DNA of 64,000 bases, taken from positions 186,001 through 250,000 of the forward strand of contig MU058217.1 of NCBI GenBank assembly GCA_013265495.1, given 5' to 3'. Made by a program: the position numbers and the translations under genes. Of this stretch, positions 38,383-51,285 are shown piece after piece (position 1 is the stretch's first letter; each line of letters starts with the position of its first letter). The notes beneath the pieces were generated by a model. That model was not told the DNA's origin. It searched no databases and was given only the letters and a program-made list of their open reading frames with translations. Source of the stretch: Vicugna vicugna (lineage: Eukaryota).

Positions 38383-38800
38383 TGTTAAAAGACAAAATCC
38401 AGTGGAGTAAATTTGGAAGTCTAATTGATTTTACTAAACGATTCATGAATTAGGAAGCATCCCAAAACATAGTGGATAGAAAAGCACTCTGAGAATCAGG
38501 ATTTAAAGGAAGGTTTTTATAGGCAGAGAAAGGATGAGAAAGGGAAAAAGGATGATTTGGAGCAAGGTCGCCTTCCTTTGGAGGGTGGGTCCTAGTCTGT
38601 CATGCAGATTACCTCACTAGTGTTGATCAGGAAATTCTAGACTCATTGGTTTAAAATTCCACTCCTGGGAGAGAGGCTGAAACTGCAGTCGGTTAGGTGT
38701 TGTGTTTGGGTTTGTGGACACATTGGGCTTAGCACAAGTGACTCCATTTTATACAGACTTGTGGATTCATAGAAAAATATGGCTTGATCAGATCTGGCTC
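38383..38800 (-). mobile_element. ERV1-class solo LTR (MER31/MER67-like)
   Basis: tgttaaaagacaaaat...acgattcatgaattagg...ggtttttataggcag...gggcttagcacaagtgactccatttt. Confidence 0.55.
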
Positions 38801-39559
38801 TGTTTTTTCTCACTTTGTGCCTGCCTGGAAAAGCAGTGGGACAAGTGGTTGGTGACATGAAAAAGACTGAACATTAAAAAAATGACCATGGAGCAAACTG
38901 AGATCTTTGCAATTTTTTGAGGTTTGTTTTTTTTTTTTCCTGATTCTTCCTTAAAAAAGTCAGAAGATATGAGATCCCCCTTGCTTGTTAAGAGTGCCTG
39001 GGAGGGAGAAACGCGAAGAGTTCTTCAAATAACTTGAGGAAATGACAGCAGGTGTGGTTCACACCATTTATAAAATCTTCAGCTCCCTCCTAGAGAGAGG
39101 ATTCATGGGGCTTTATTCCCCCCTCACCTGAGACAAGTCCGCCCGGCGCTCTGAACACAGGCTCTGTGACTGACACAGGGCGGCTCCCACTCCCTCGGCC
39201 CGGCCGCCAGAGCAGGGCTGGTCCTCAGCCGAGACTGCTGTCTGGTGCATCTTCAGAGAGGCCTGGGGAGTTCGCATGTCCAAGTGGGAGCCCGTGAAGG
39301 ACTCTGCAGGAGGCTGGAGAGGTGTTTGAGGTTGATGGGCATGTTGACTGTCTTTGGCTTCCTCATCTGTCATTGGATGTTTTGGGCTAACTGGGGGGCA
39401 TATTTGATTCACGTGTAACACTCAATCACCGAGTGGATGACAGCGGAAATGTGTGAGCCCCTATGAAGCTCAGGTTCGAAGCCTGTGACCTTCTCCCCGG
39501 GGCCATGGTAGAATTCTGCTATGATGCTTGAGTTAGGGGGCAAAGATGATACTGACCAT

Positions 39560-39800
39560 GTAGATATCTGTTCTCTGTTGTCCCTTATTCTCCTTATTCT
39601 GGTAACAGCACCTCAGTTTTTCTTTGGGGAACCACAGGTGTGATGAATGCATAGAAATGGAATGCTCTTACTGGGGCTCGTGCTGCCCCTGAACCCTAAG
39701 GGTGGACACGTGACCCAGGCTTGCCCTGACTGCCCCTGGCCAAAGTGATCCAGGCGCGGGCCTGTGGTCCAAGCTGGTCCAGTGAGGTTCTCTTCTCTCT
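39560..39800. mobile_element. Old ERVL/MaLR LTR fragment (LTR16-like)
   Basis: ttctggtaacagcacc...gggtggacacgtgacccaggc...ccaagctggtccagtgag. Confidence 0.45.
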
Positions 39801-41419
39801 GGGACCTTGTGCTGTTTTTCTATTCGTCCCATCAGCATCTGAGTTCCTGTTGCTCCACATCCTGGCCTGCGCCTGGTGTAGCCTTTAGACTTTTAGTCAT
39901 GTAGGTGAGTGTGTAGTAGTTTCACATTATGTCTTTTATCTTTACCTTTTCAGTTTAAAAAAAATTCTGCGTTTTATTATGAAAAATTATAAACATGCAG
40001 CAAAGTTGCAAGAATTTCATACTGTGCTTTCCTGTGCCTTCCCCTGGTGTCTGCCGTTAGCATGTTATTGTTCCTGCTTTATCACATATCCATTCTTCTA
40101 GCCATCCGTCGGTCGTATTTTGGGGGAAGCATTTCAGAGTAAGCTGAGAACATCAGTACCCCTCACCCTAAACACCACAGCACAGTGTTGACAGTTATTT
40201 TATCCTTTTGAGATTTAATTTATGTACCGTCAAGTGTGTATATTGTAAGAGTCATTTGTTGAGTTTTGACAGATGCCTACACCTGTGCGGCCCCAAACCC
40301 TATCAGGTTATAGAACGTGACCTTCACCCACAAGCCCCTTCCCCTGTTAGTCCCCACCCCCAGCTGCCAGAAGCAGCCATTGCTCTGATTTTTCTTTCCC
40401 TATTCTAGCATCACATTGTGGTTTCAGCGTGCATCTTCCTGATGACTAATGATGCTGGGCACCTTTTAATATGCTGTTTGGGTTTCCTCGCTTATAACAT
40501 GTCTAAGGATGACTTTTAATTTTGAGGGAGGTTTGGTAAGGGAAAGCATCCAGTTGATCGTAGGGGATACCGAGAGTGTATTCCTGTAACGATATGATTC
40601 CAAGGTGTCTGCTGTTAATTGAGGGTCTACTCTCTCATGCCCTGTAAGACTTCCCAACAAGGAAATGCTGGCTTGTTAAAAATCCACCCCGAAATTGGGT
40701 AGAGTAGTGAAAATTTTAAGCATGTCGCTCGAAGCCTTATCATCTAATAATTTCCAGTTATGTAACTTTCTTTCCAATGAGTGTCAGTCTTGCAGGAGGA
40801 CTCAAAATCATTAGCAGATTTTGTAAAGGGATTTGACCAGCAACTGCCAGAGGAAGTGTGACTCTGAGCCCCCCACGTGGGTGTCAGACTTGTCCTCATC
40901 TTGAAAGGCGAGGGTGCTGGCGCCAAGGCCTGATGTGCTCAGGGCAGTTGGCAGAAACGGAGCTTTTAAAAAAATCATTTCCCTGGTCAGTGTCAGGGTT
41001 GGCTAATCTTGCCTTTCGGGGCTTCGGCCTCGTCCCACCCTTCGTGGGCGAGGACTCTGGGTTTGCTGCTAGTTTGTGAGTGGCGGGTATTTCCTCCCCT
41101 CCCTGGGGCCCCATCTGTCGCATCCTGCAGCTGCATGCATGTGGCCTCATCATGGAGAGCGGGCTGGGCTGGGTGAGGGGGAGAAGTGAGGTCAAGCACA
41201 TCCTCATTTACTTTTTTGTTTCTTGTCAGATGTCATTTTGTGAAGGAGCTACTGGCTAGGGGCAGGTAGTCACCAAAATGTTGTCCAGAGAGCCTGTCCT
41301 CAGGGGCAGTCATGTCCCAAAGGCACCACTGGAAGGTGTATCGGTAAAGGTTTGGAGAGCAAAGAAACACCCTTGTGGAGGTAGTGGGGCATATAAGGAG
41401 GGGCTTTGTATGGAGGTGT

Positions 41420-41750
41420 TTGTGGGGTTAGAAGAGGGCGGAGCATGCCCAGGGGAGGCAAGGGGAGGGAGCAGAGACAGGAAACTGGAGAGAGATCTAT
41501 AGCTGGAGTGGGCGGACTGGTGGGTGTTACCGCTGACCACAGCCCGAAGAGAGGCAGCAGGTGGAAATGCCCGGACCTCACTCTCCTCCGACCTCTCGCC
41601 TCCTACCTGTCTCTCCCATTGGCTGAACCCACTTGGTAACCAGTGGACAGGGGAATCCTTGAGTGCAGTCTCTTCTGCATCTGGTGCACAGAGCAGGCGG
41701 GAGAAGGGCTGGGTGCAGATCCTGACGGGCAAATAGAAAGTAACCAGCCC
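41420..41750. mobile_element. Old ERVL-class LTR fragment (LTR33-like)
   Basis: ctcccattggctgaaccca...gcacagagcaggcgggagaaggg...gggcaaatagaa. Confidence 0.45.
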
Positions 41751-42349
41751 GGAGCTGTTTCCAGACCTTTGTCCCATGTTAAAGTGCCAATATATTTTCT
41801 CTGGAGGAAGAAATTAAAAAACCCTTGTGGAGAATTTGGAAAGGAGTTTTGGTTTAAGAACGGAAGTGAGGTCAAATGCAAATACGGGTCTTGAACGTAG
41901 AGATTCTTCCTTTACTTGCCTTTGAGTCAGGAGACAGTGGGAGAAGGGTACTCCTGGGCCGTGGTACCAAGGGTCTGGGAGGAAGAGAGGCACCCTGGAG
42001 AAATTGTGGGTCTCAGGTGGGGGGAGCCAGAATGAGGTCCTGGGGGTAGAGGGACCTGGGAAGTCCACTTGTTAAGGAAATATCACGTATCAAAAAGAGA
42101 TGGAAAGAAAGGGAGGTCATGGCAGAGCCTAGGTTTTACTGAAGGAGAAGTCAACTCAAGAGTTGGAGAAGCATCCAGGTCTGAGGTAGAGAACCCCGCC
42201 TCGAGGCTGGCTTGTGGAACAAGAAAGGAAATACAAGGGCCAAGGGCGGAAGTCTGTGGAATGGGCTGAGCTTAAGCCAGTTGCTGGTGGAAGGAGAAGT
42301 TAGTCCCTGGGATCTTGACTCCTGGTGATGCTTATTCATGGCCGTGGGA

Positions 42350-42590
42350 GAAAATAGTCCAGCGTGTAGACTCTGGCTCCAGAGTGCTGCGTTCTTTTGC
42401 CACTTATTAGCTCTGGGACCCTGGGCAGGTTAATTAACCTCTCTGTGTCTCAGATTTCTCATCTGGAGACGAGACCATTCTTAAACCAATCTCATAGGGT
42501 TGTATTGAGGTTCCAATGAATAAATGGACACAAACCTTAAAATAATGTCCAGCACAGAGTAACCAGGCAATCAGTGCAATCTATTAATAT
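42350..42590 (+). mobile_element. MIR SINE
   Basis: gccacttattagctctgggaccctgggcaggttaattaacctctctgtgtctcagatttctcatctg...ctcatagggttgtattgagg. Confidence 0.75.
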
Positions 42591-44919
42591 GATTGTCCTT
42601 TAAAAAATATCATTGCTTGGCCCCCATAAGTGAAACCTGCATCCTCTGGAGGCTGGGCCTAGGCATTAGCATATTTTTAAAGGTTCCTGGGTATTTCTAG
42701 TCAGTAGCTAGAAACTGTAAATCATTGCTTTATGGTTTAACTGTCAGGTTCTCTGACCCTGTCCCAAAGGCTAACTGTGAACTAGGGAGGACTGAGTGGA
42801 GCAGTTTTGGGGTTGGGGGCGGGAGGGAAGGGAGGAATGATCCCACCGGGGAAGAGAAAATGGGAGGGAAGCCATGATCCAAATTGATCCCTGAGAAAGC
42901 AGTGGGAAGTGAGCCAAGGAAATTGGCTTGAGTTAGCTTCTTCTTGGAGGCTGGCCATTTGTCAGAGGCAGCTCACTAGTCATTTACACATTAGTATGAA
43001 TAGTCCTTGGCCCTTCTAGTTGTGAATAGAGCACAGCTGGGGGACAGCATGGGGGTGTGGGCATCAGAAGGAAGAGTGCTGAGGGAAGGGAGGTGGAGGG
43101 ACAGGAAAACTTAAATGTGTTTTTTTTTTCCTCATCTTGAAAAGTTAGTGGTCAGGAGGATTTAGGGGTGGAGGTTCCCTGAAGCTTTGTGGAGATGAAT
43201 TTTAGGAGGTGGTGTGTGTGTGGCCTGGGTAAGGGATGACGGTGACTCCACTTTTATGAAACATTTCTCCAGGGTGGGTTTCCCAGAGCACAGTGCGATG
43301 AGTATGTCTTTTCAGCTTTCATCATGAAGCTGTTTCCTGGCTGGCTTGGAGCATCACAGTGGGCAGCGGAATACAGTCAATAAGAGCATGGGGAGCCTGA
43401 CTTTGAACGGGGTTTGAATCGTGTTTGGTGCCTCTGGCCCACGGCAAGCTACTCCAACCTCTCACTGCATCCATTTCCTCATCTGTAAAATGGGCATAAT
43501 AATATGGGACTCAAACAGAAATTTTGGAAGAATTAAATAAAGCAGTTAATATATGTAAATAAGGTAGAAGTTCAGAGATTTTGTTTTGTCTTTATCTTTT
43601 TTTCCCCCCTACTGATTTGTTTTGGGAGCCTTCCGAAGGAGTCCAACAGATGACCCACTCTTGGACCCTGCCTTGGCCTGTCTGTCCCTCCTCACCATCT
43701 CCCTGCATCCTGCAGGGCCCTCCCCTAGGAAGTCTGGCTGGTCATCCATCTCTCTCCTTCCTTGGGAAGGAAGTACCTAAGAGGCATCTGGCATATACTG
43801 CTTTGAACAGGCTTTTTTAAAGCGTATATGTAAAAACCGAGAGGTCCTTGAGGCCAGGACTGTATCTGTTTCTTCTGTGATTTTTAATATGGTCTCTTGT
43901 ACCTGGGCAGTGATGTATGAAGCACTAAGATTCAAGGAATTTATACTTGAATTCACATCTTGGCTGGCTGACCTTAAACGAGTCACTCGGTCTAGGCTGA
44001 CCTTATTTTGGCATGTGTAAAATTAAGCTAATATTACTGAGAGCTGCAAGAGTTAAGAGATAAATGTCTGTGAAACCACCTCTTCACTGTAAAGCAAAAT
44101 TATAGAAGTTATAGAAACTCAGGGTATTGTTATCAATCCTTCTGTATTCCACCAGAATGCCTTAGCCAGTGCTGAGCACCTAATAGCATCCCAATAAAAT
44201 CCTCTGGGGCAGTCGATTGCTTTCCAAGGAGAGTTGCTGTAGCTTTAGTTTTGATTGGCCTATCATGATGTCCTGTCTCTCATCTTTTGGGGGAATTAGC
44301 CTCCTCGCCCCCTCACCCCCAATCCTGGTGGTGCTTGCCAACCAAGGTAGGTTGCTAAATAAGCTGGGAGGAAGTTACCAATGGTCCCCTAAATTAGGGA
44401 GATTTCACCTGCAGAGAACAGCCAATCAGGAGGTGAGATGGCACCCCACTGACATTGCGTGAGCCCCTGGAACCAGTCATCAGTCATCCCTGAACTCTAC
44501 CCAGTAACAGGAGCTTATAAGTCCACTCCCCTTTGCCCCCTCCCCATCCTTTTTGGCTTAAATTTGTGGATGACTGAGAGCCCTGGCTCTCCTTTCCTTC
44601 CATCCTGGAAGGCAGCAATGATTTCTCTTGCCCCACTAGCAAAAGTGGAAGAGAAAGGGTATTGCAGGTAAAAAGTCAAAACTGGCAGATTTTATTTTAA
44701 ATGGATATACATCTTCCTCTAATCGAATGCTATGCTGTCATTGAATGATGTAGAAGAATATTTAATAAGGCAAAATATCACCGAGGAACAGTGAACATGT
44801 GTGAGTTTTGCAGTTAGAAAACAGTCTTCAAAAGAAGTTTTGCATTCAGAAGAGTGCCTGTGAGTCAGGTCTGGGGAACCTTAGATTTCTTTCCTTCATT
44901 TTTCATTTGTCGGACACAC

Positions 44920-45130
44920 ATAGAGCGCTTGCTACGAGCCTGGCATTGTTCTAACTCTTTGAATCCTAACAGCGACTCCTGGAAGTAGTTTCTGCCGCTG
45001 TCCCCATTTTACAGGTGAGGAAACTGAGGCACAGGAGTAAAGTGACTTGTCCACCGTCACACAGTGGTGCCTGGATTTAAGCCTGACAGCCAGTCTCCCA
45101 GCTCATGCTCTGAATGATCCCACCATGCTG
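44920..45130 (-). mobile_element. MIR SINE
   Basis: ccccattttacaggtgaggaaactgaggcacag...gtgacttgtcca...gtcacacag. Confidence 0.75.
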
Positions 45131-45519
45131 CCTCTCACAGGCGCTACTGAACAATTACTGTCTGAAAGGAGAGAAATTTGGAGAGAAAAAAATCCTCTAC
45201 CTCCTAACCTGCATTCAGTCGTTCTTTTTTTTTTCCCCCCTCAAGGATATAACCAGTTAAGGGGGAGAAAGAAATAGAAGGAAAAGAGAGAAAGGAAAGA
45301 AAATTCAGAGGCAGGAGGGAGCGGGTGGGAGGAAGGGAAAAAGAAAGGTAAGAGGTGTCTAAGAATGCGTGGGGTTGGGAGGCTGAGGGTAAGATGGAGT
45401 CCGCTGTCTGTGTCACACCTGATTTTGGGCGCGAGTGAGTAACTCCTGTTAGGGTGGCTAGTTGACATCTTAATGAGCTGGCTAAGCACCATTCCTCGTG
45501 CTTTGTTTTTACCATATAT

Positions 45520-46215
45520 TTAAACAATTGAGACAGAATTCACGTAGCATAGAACTCAAGTCTTTTAAAGTATACCCTTCAGTGAATGTTCACTATTTAA
45601 TTCTAGAACATTTCTGTCACCCCAAAAAGATCCCCATCCCCATTAACGGTGACACCCCCCTCCCCACAGCAACTGTTAATCTACTGTCTGTCTTTTCTGG
45701 ATTTGCCTGTTCTAGACATTTCACATAAATGGAATGATACACTACGTGGCCTTTTGTGTTTGGGGTGTTTCACATAGCGCAGTGTCTTCAAGGTTCATCC
45801 ATGTTGTCTCATGTGTCTTCATTCCCCCCTTTTTTTTTTAAGAGAATAGTCCTTTTTGCAAGGGGTGGTAATTAAGTATTTTATTTATTTATTTGAAGGT
45901 ACTGGGGATTGAACCCAAGACCTCACGCATGCTAAGCACACACTACTCCTGAGCTATACCCTCCCTTCCCGAGACTTCATTCCTTTTTATGGCTAGTCAC
46001 GTTCCATTGTGTGGATAGATCCCATCTAATTTATCCATTCATCTGTTAACGCACATTTGGGTGATTTTTGATTTTTGGCTGTTACGAATAATGCTGCTTT
46101 GAATGTTTGTGTGCAAGTTTTTGTGTGGCTATTTTTTCTTTCTCTTGGGTGTGCATACTCAGGAGTGAAACTGTGGGGTCCCATAGTGCTTCACTTTTTG
46201 AGGAATTGCCAACTT
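45520..46215 (-). mobile_element. Old L1 3' end (antisense) interrupted by a SINE at 45830-45965
   Basis: gaacatttctgtcacccccaaaaaga...gatttgcctgttctagacatttcacataaatggaat...aataatgctgctttgaatgtttgtgtgcaagtttttgtgtgg. Confidence 0.85.
45830..45965 (-). mobile_element. Camelid tRNA-Ala SINE, long form
   Basis: ggtactggggattgaacccaagacctcacgcatgctaagc...gagctataccctccc; cttcattcc duplicated on both sides. Confidence 0.85.
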
Positions 46216-48120
46216 GTCCCTAGCTATTTAACTTCTAATCTTTAAATGCCATCTATGGAAGGTTGTAAACCTGCAACTTGGTGATTCATTTTTTGGCTGC
46301 AGTATCCTGAATTCGATGAGATGGGGAATGGTATGCCCTTAAAAATGGCCCCTCTTCTCTTGAAACTGACATGCCATGTGCCAACCTTCTGCAGCAGGGG
46401 GTTGGCTTGTGGGTTCATCTAGACCACCTGAGGGAGGACCCCCAGCCCTGATGGTCGTTCTTAACCAGCAGTAAAGGATCATCAGAGGGATGAGAGAGCC
46501 CAGGTCAACCCAAACCAACAAAGCCACTCCCCGTCCCATGGAAGTCACCCCCGACACCAAAATGCAACCGAGAAATTAAAAAAACAAAAACAAGAACAAC
46601 CCTAACTCTCTCTTTCCCAAGCTGCTCAGTCAAAAATGCCTGTTCTTGGCAATAATTAAGGTTTGCGTGAGCTTCCAGGTCTACTAGATGTTCTCACGTG
46701 TAACGCATGGTGGGTCCTCAGCAGGACCGTGAGCTTGGGGGAGCAGTTACTTCTCCCATCATCCTGGTTTTATAGCCAAGGGCACAGCAGGCTCGGAATT
46801 TGTGATTTGCTCCAGGTTAGGAAGTGGCCGTTAGTCAAGGACAGACTTAGCTTTCAGACGTTTTGACTGAGTTCTAAAACGTTCACACTCGTTTTAAAAT
46901 CAAGATAAAGATAGTCTAATTTTTTTTTTTAAAGGATCACATTAGAGAGTTCAAGCTTGGTTTCGGGAAGCTTTGGTAAAATTGTGGCTGGATCTTTGAC
47001 ACAAGAGGGAGGGGTAGCCCTGTGTCCCTGCCGACCCCATCCCGTGTGCACACACACACAGTTACCCAGCGTATTTTTACAAGTTTATTTTCTGTGTTTT
47101 TGTGTGAGGTTTCTTACTTTGCTTGGCTGGTCTCAGCGTCTCACTTTGAGCTGTAAGAGGAAATAGAAGGATGTCCCTGTTCTTTTAAGTAGCTAGTAAA
47201 TTCCGAACTGGTAGATAGGTTCAGCTGGGATCAAACACCGTTTACAGAAACTTTCAGGATGTTTCCTTTTGTCTGAGTGTTTAAAAAATAACAAAACAAA
47301 ACCGAATTGAGGTTGTCTGGGAGGTTTTGCAAGTTTCAGAGACGCAGTTGTATATTTATACTAAACTGTGATTAAACACAGGGACACATACATGCCTCCT
47401 CCCACGCCGACCCCCAAAAAACCCCAAACCCCACTGCTGTGGCTTTGCCTAGAAGTGTGAAAACAACTATTTATTCATAAGCCAAAAACCAGGCGTAAAG
47501 GGGATCTTGCCCAAGTATGATGAACACAGTATTTTCAAATGTTTTAAAGCGAATTAGGTAGGTATGAATAAGTATTTTGCCATTGACAAGTTAACGAAGA
47601 ATGTAAACTGAGTGACTAAACATTTGAAGAAGGCTTTTTGGTTTCCTCCTTGCTTATTGAAATTCTTAACTTAATAGGTAAATCTCAAGTTAGCACACCC
47701 AGAGGAGCACGGATTCTGAAATAGTAGGTCCTAATGTAAGAGATTTTTACTGTCTCACTGCCGGAAAGGAGTGATCTTTAAGGTGTTACCCACTGACTGT
47801 GGTGTAGCCTGTTACCTACCGAGGTGGTCAGTTTCCAGCCATGGTGCATTAAAGCTGAACGGGGCCTCAGACCCAACCGGAGGGCCTGGGAACCTGCATT
47901 TCTGGTCTGTGACCACCACTTTGAGTAGCAGGTCTCTGTGGAATTCACTTTCTGTTTCTTGAGAGGGATTTGCTTTGTAAAGAAAGGTATGAAGCTCAGT
48001 CCCTATGTGGAAGGCTTGGCCAGGACCCGTTCCTGGGAAATCTTTTCTTGGGTTGACCTGGGGTGAGCTGAGTGGACACACCATTCCATTTCTTTTTTAA
48101 AAATCTGTATTATTACCTTT

Positions 48121-48309
48121 ATTTTTTTTATTAAAGTATAATTGATTTACAATGTTGTGTTAGTTTCTGGTGTACAGCATAGTGATTCAGGTAAATATAT
48201 ATATGTATTCTTTTTCATGTTCTTTTTTCATTATAGGCCATTACAAGGCATTGAATATAGCTCCCTGTGCTGTACAGTAGGACCCAGTTGTTTATTGTGT
48301 ATATAGTAA
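48121..48309 (-). mobile_element. Short L1 3' end, antisense
   Basis: aagtataattgatttacaatgttgtgttagtttctggtgtacagcatagtgattcag...ccctgtgctgtacagtagga. Confidence 0.85.
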
Positions 48310-49124
48310 TCCCAGATACAAACTACTTCCTCCCCCAGTGCCACTCTCTGATTAGGGGTTTGGTTTCCAGAGGATTCTGGTCAGGAGGCGGGCAGCAGCT
48401 ATTGGTCTGGCCAGTGGTGTCTGCCATAGAATTCTCTTTGAGCACAGAAGCTGTAGTTTTTGTTAGAAGTTCGATGTGCATAGATAGTGATTTACACAGT
48501 CATTTCCCAGACCCTTTTTTATCCGGTACCAGGGGTCCTGCAGACATGAGCCGCGGTGGGCTGATGTCACAACTTTGCATGGGATTTACTCGGCCTGATC
48601 GACCTAAACCCGTACGGTGAGCCCGGGGTCTGCTGTGCTCTGACCAGAGTCACTCTCTTTCACTAGGGGGTGTTCCCCTGGGCCCAGCACTGCCCATTAG
48701 CGGCAGAAGCCCCTCTGTCCTCCTGGGCACCTCCCGGCGAGCACTTTGGCAGCTGTGGTCAGGACGCACTCCTGGCTCTGTTTTAGGGGCAGCGAGGAGT
48801 GTCGGTGGGCCCAGCAGTGGGTTCCTGAGCTACACACAGGACCCCAACTGGAACCGGTCGCCAGCCCCCATCCCAGCCTTTGGACTCCTCGTGATCCCAT
48901 CCTGGTGGGCCGCTGGCCGACCGGTCTGAGGGCCCCGCCTGCTTCCTCCGAGTTGCGGGAGTGTGAGGACAAGCACCTGACCAGGGCCCAGCCATTCTTG
49001 GTCCTGGGCCAGGTCGGAGCAGGGCCGGGGCTGGGCCCCGAGCCCCTCCCATAGGCTCCTGTTCCCCCGACACTCACCAGCTTGAGCTGCAAAGCCCCTT
49101 TGCCCGTGGAGCCCCCGACACACT

Positions 49125-49523
49125 GTATGCGTCTGCTCAGGCTGCCAGAACAAAGTTCCCCAGACCGCAGGTGCCTAAACAAGGGGCATTTATTTCCTCA
49201 TGGCTCTGGAGGCCCAAAGCTCAAGGTCAAAGTGTGGGCAGAGTTGGTGTCTTCTGAGGCCTCTCTGCTTGGCGTGTAGACGGCCGTCTCCTCCCTGTGC
49301 CTTCACCTGGTCTCCCCTCCTGTGTGCCCAGATCTCCTCTTCTTAGGACACCAGCCCTATTGGATTAGGGTTGACTCTAATGACTTCATTTTAACGGAAT
49401 CACCCTTTAAAAGGGGTGATTTAAAAGACCCTGTCTCCAGGGGGCAGTCACACCGGAAGTCCTGGGGGTTAGGACTTCAACATATGGGTTTGGGAGTGTG
49501 TGACACAATTCAGCTCCTGTTAC
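49125..49523 (-). mobile_element. MaLR LTR, MLT1B/C-like, antisense
   Basis: ctcaggctgccagaacaaag...tctgaggcctctctgcttggcgtgtagacggccgtc...gggggttaggacttcaacatatg...caattcagctcctgttaca. Confidence 0.8.
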
Positions 49524-50058
49524 ACACTCTGCTACTCTTGTCTGAACCCCCCCTGAGTTCCTCCTGTGCCTACGTACAAAACTGTCAGCTTGATCAAGGG
49601 TGCGTGGAATTAAAAAGTTGTGTAAGTTCAGAACCTACTGAGGACATCTGAGAATCTTTCTATGAGAATTATGATGGGTTTTAGTGCTCTGATTTTATGA
49701 TGTTCTCTGTCTTTAAACCTTTAAAATATGTGGTTACTCACATAGACTTACTATATAGTCTGTTTTACTGACTGTATTTTGTGTGTTTCTTCAGATAACT
49801 TGAAAGGTTTACAGTCAGCTTTTAGTTCTAATCGTTATCTTTGTAACTATGCTGACTTTGTAAATACTCCATCCCTGTATCTTCAGACATACTTACTGAC
49901 TCTGCTATGAGCTGTGGCAAAGTTGTTCTTAAAAGTGGTAATCTCAACAAAAATAGCTAACACTTATTACACTTAATTTTTAAAAAATTTAAAATTTTAA
50001 CCCTCTCCACAACCCTGCATTGTAAGATGACTATTATACATTAAAAAATTAAAAAAAA

Positions 50059-50141
50059 TTTTTTAATGGAGGTATTGGGGATTGAACCTAGGACCTCATG
50101 CATGCTAAGCATGCACTCTACCAGTGAGCTGTACCCACCCC
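50059..50141 (-). mobile_element. Camelid tRNA-Ala SINE, short form
   Basis: aatggaggtattggggattgaacctaggacctcatgcatgctaagcatgcactctaccagtgagctgtacccacccc. Confidence 0.88.
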
Positions 50142-50802
50142 TCTATATATGTTTGAAAGGTGAGGCATTCAGAGAGCAGTTGCCCAAGGCCACTCGAGTT
50201 AGGATCTGGCAGATCTGGGGTCTGGCCTGGAGTCTGTGTGGCTCCCGTCCTGTTAGGCCTGCATGTTTAGGGTAATTGCTTTCACTGCTCCCTCCCTCCC
50301 TTTTATTTTTTTGGAGCTTGCTCTCTGGAGGGGAGCGTTCAGAGCTGCAGCTCTTAGGGCTTGGCCCTGCCCTGGGGTACCTGCAGGGGCCGTTCAGGGC
50401 TGCCAAGCACTCATTTGAACAGTGGCACTAATGTCCCCTCTATGTGGCCTCTGAGCAGCCTCCCAAGGCAGGGCCAGGGTCCTGGGGCCACCTCCCAGGG
50501 TCTCCAGAAGCAGCCTTAACGTGGCTCTCAGAGGGGCCCAGCTGGGTGCAGGCTGGGATGGGGCCAGCCTGGCAGCCGGCAGTAATGATGGAGACCCCTG
50601 TGTGTGTGTCCCCTGCATGGGGCACCCAGTGAGGTACACTGGGATGGTGGCCAGCGTGGGGCTTCATCTTAGGCACTGGGTTCACAGACAGACACAGTGC
50701 ACACAGCCACATATGCACAGACACTTGTAGACACACACAACACACACACATACACGAATATATACGCATTTTGTGTGTGTCTGGTTTCTATCACTTAATG
50801 TA

Positions 50803-51285
50803 ATTTTTTATTGCTGTATAGTTGATTTACAGCGTTGTGTTAGTTTCTGGTGTGCAGCATATTTGTTTTCATTAGAGGTTATTACAAGCTATTGAACATG
50901 GTTTCCTGTGCTCTACAGTAGGTCCTTGTTGTTTATGCACATACACATATTTTAATTGAAATGTAGTCAGTTTACAATGTTATGTCAATTTCTGGTGTGC
51001 AGCATAATGTTTCAGTCATCCATGTATGCACATATATTCCTTTTCATATTCTTTTTCATTGTAGGTTACTACAAGATATCAAATATAATTCCCTGTGCTC
51101 TATCTAGTTATTTATCTATTTCATATATAGTAGTTAGTACCTGCATATCTCAAACTCCCAATTTATCCCTTCCTACCACTTTTCCCCCCGATAACCATAA
51201 ATTTGTTTTTATGTCTGTGAGTCTGTTTCTGTTTTGTAAATAAGTTCCTTTGTGTCTTCTTTTTTTTTTTTTAATTCTACCTATA
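50803..51285 (-). mobile_element. Two tandem L1 3'-end fragments (about 50803-50935 and 50950-51285), antisense
   Basis: Both begin with a tagttgatttaca/tagtcagtttaca...tctggtgtgcagcat terminus; the second extends to aaccataaatttgttttt...tctgtgagtctgtttctgttttgtaaataagttc. Confidence 0.85.

Noticed and set aside
46540..46575. Possible retroviral primer-binding site on the minus strand (ca-ttttggtgtcggggg)
   Set aside because: No adjacent LTR or gag-like sequence recognised; match too short.
48660..48675. CTCF-like tcactagggggtgt (and tctccagggggcag at about 49434)
   Set aside because: Mismatches at key positions; not distinguishable from background without PWM scoring or ChIP.
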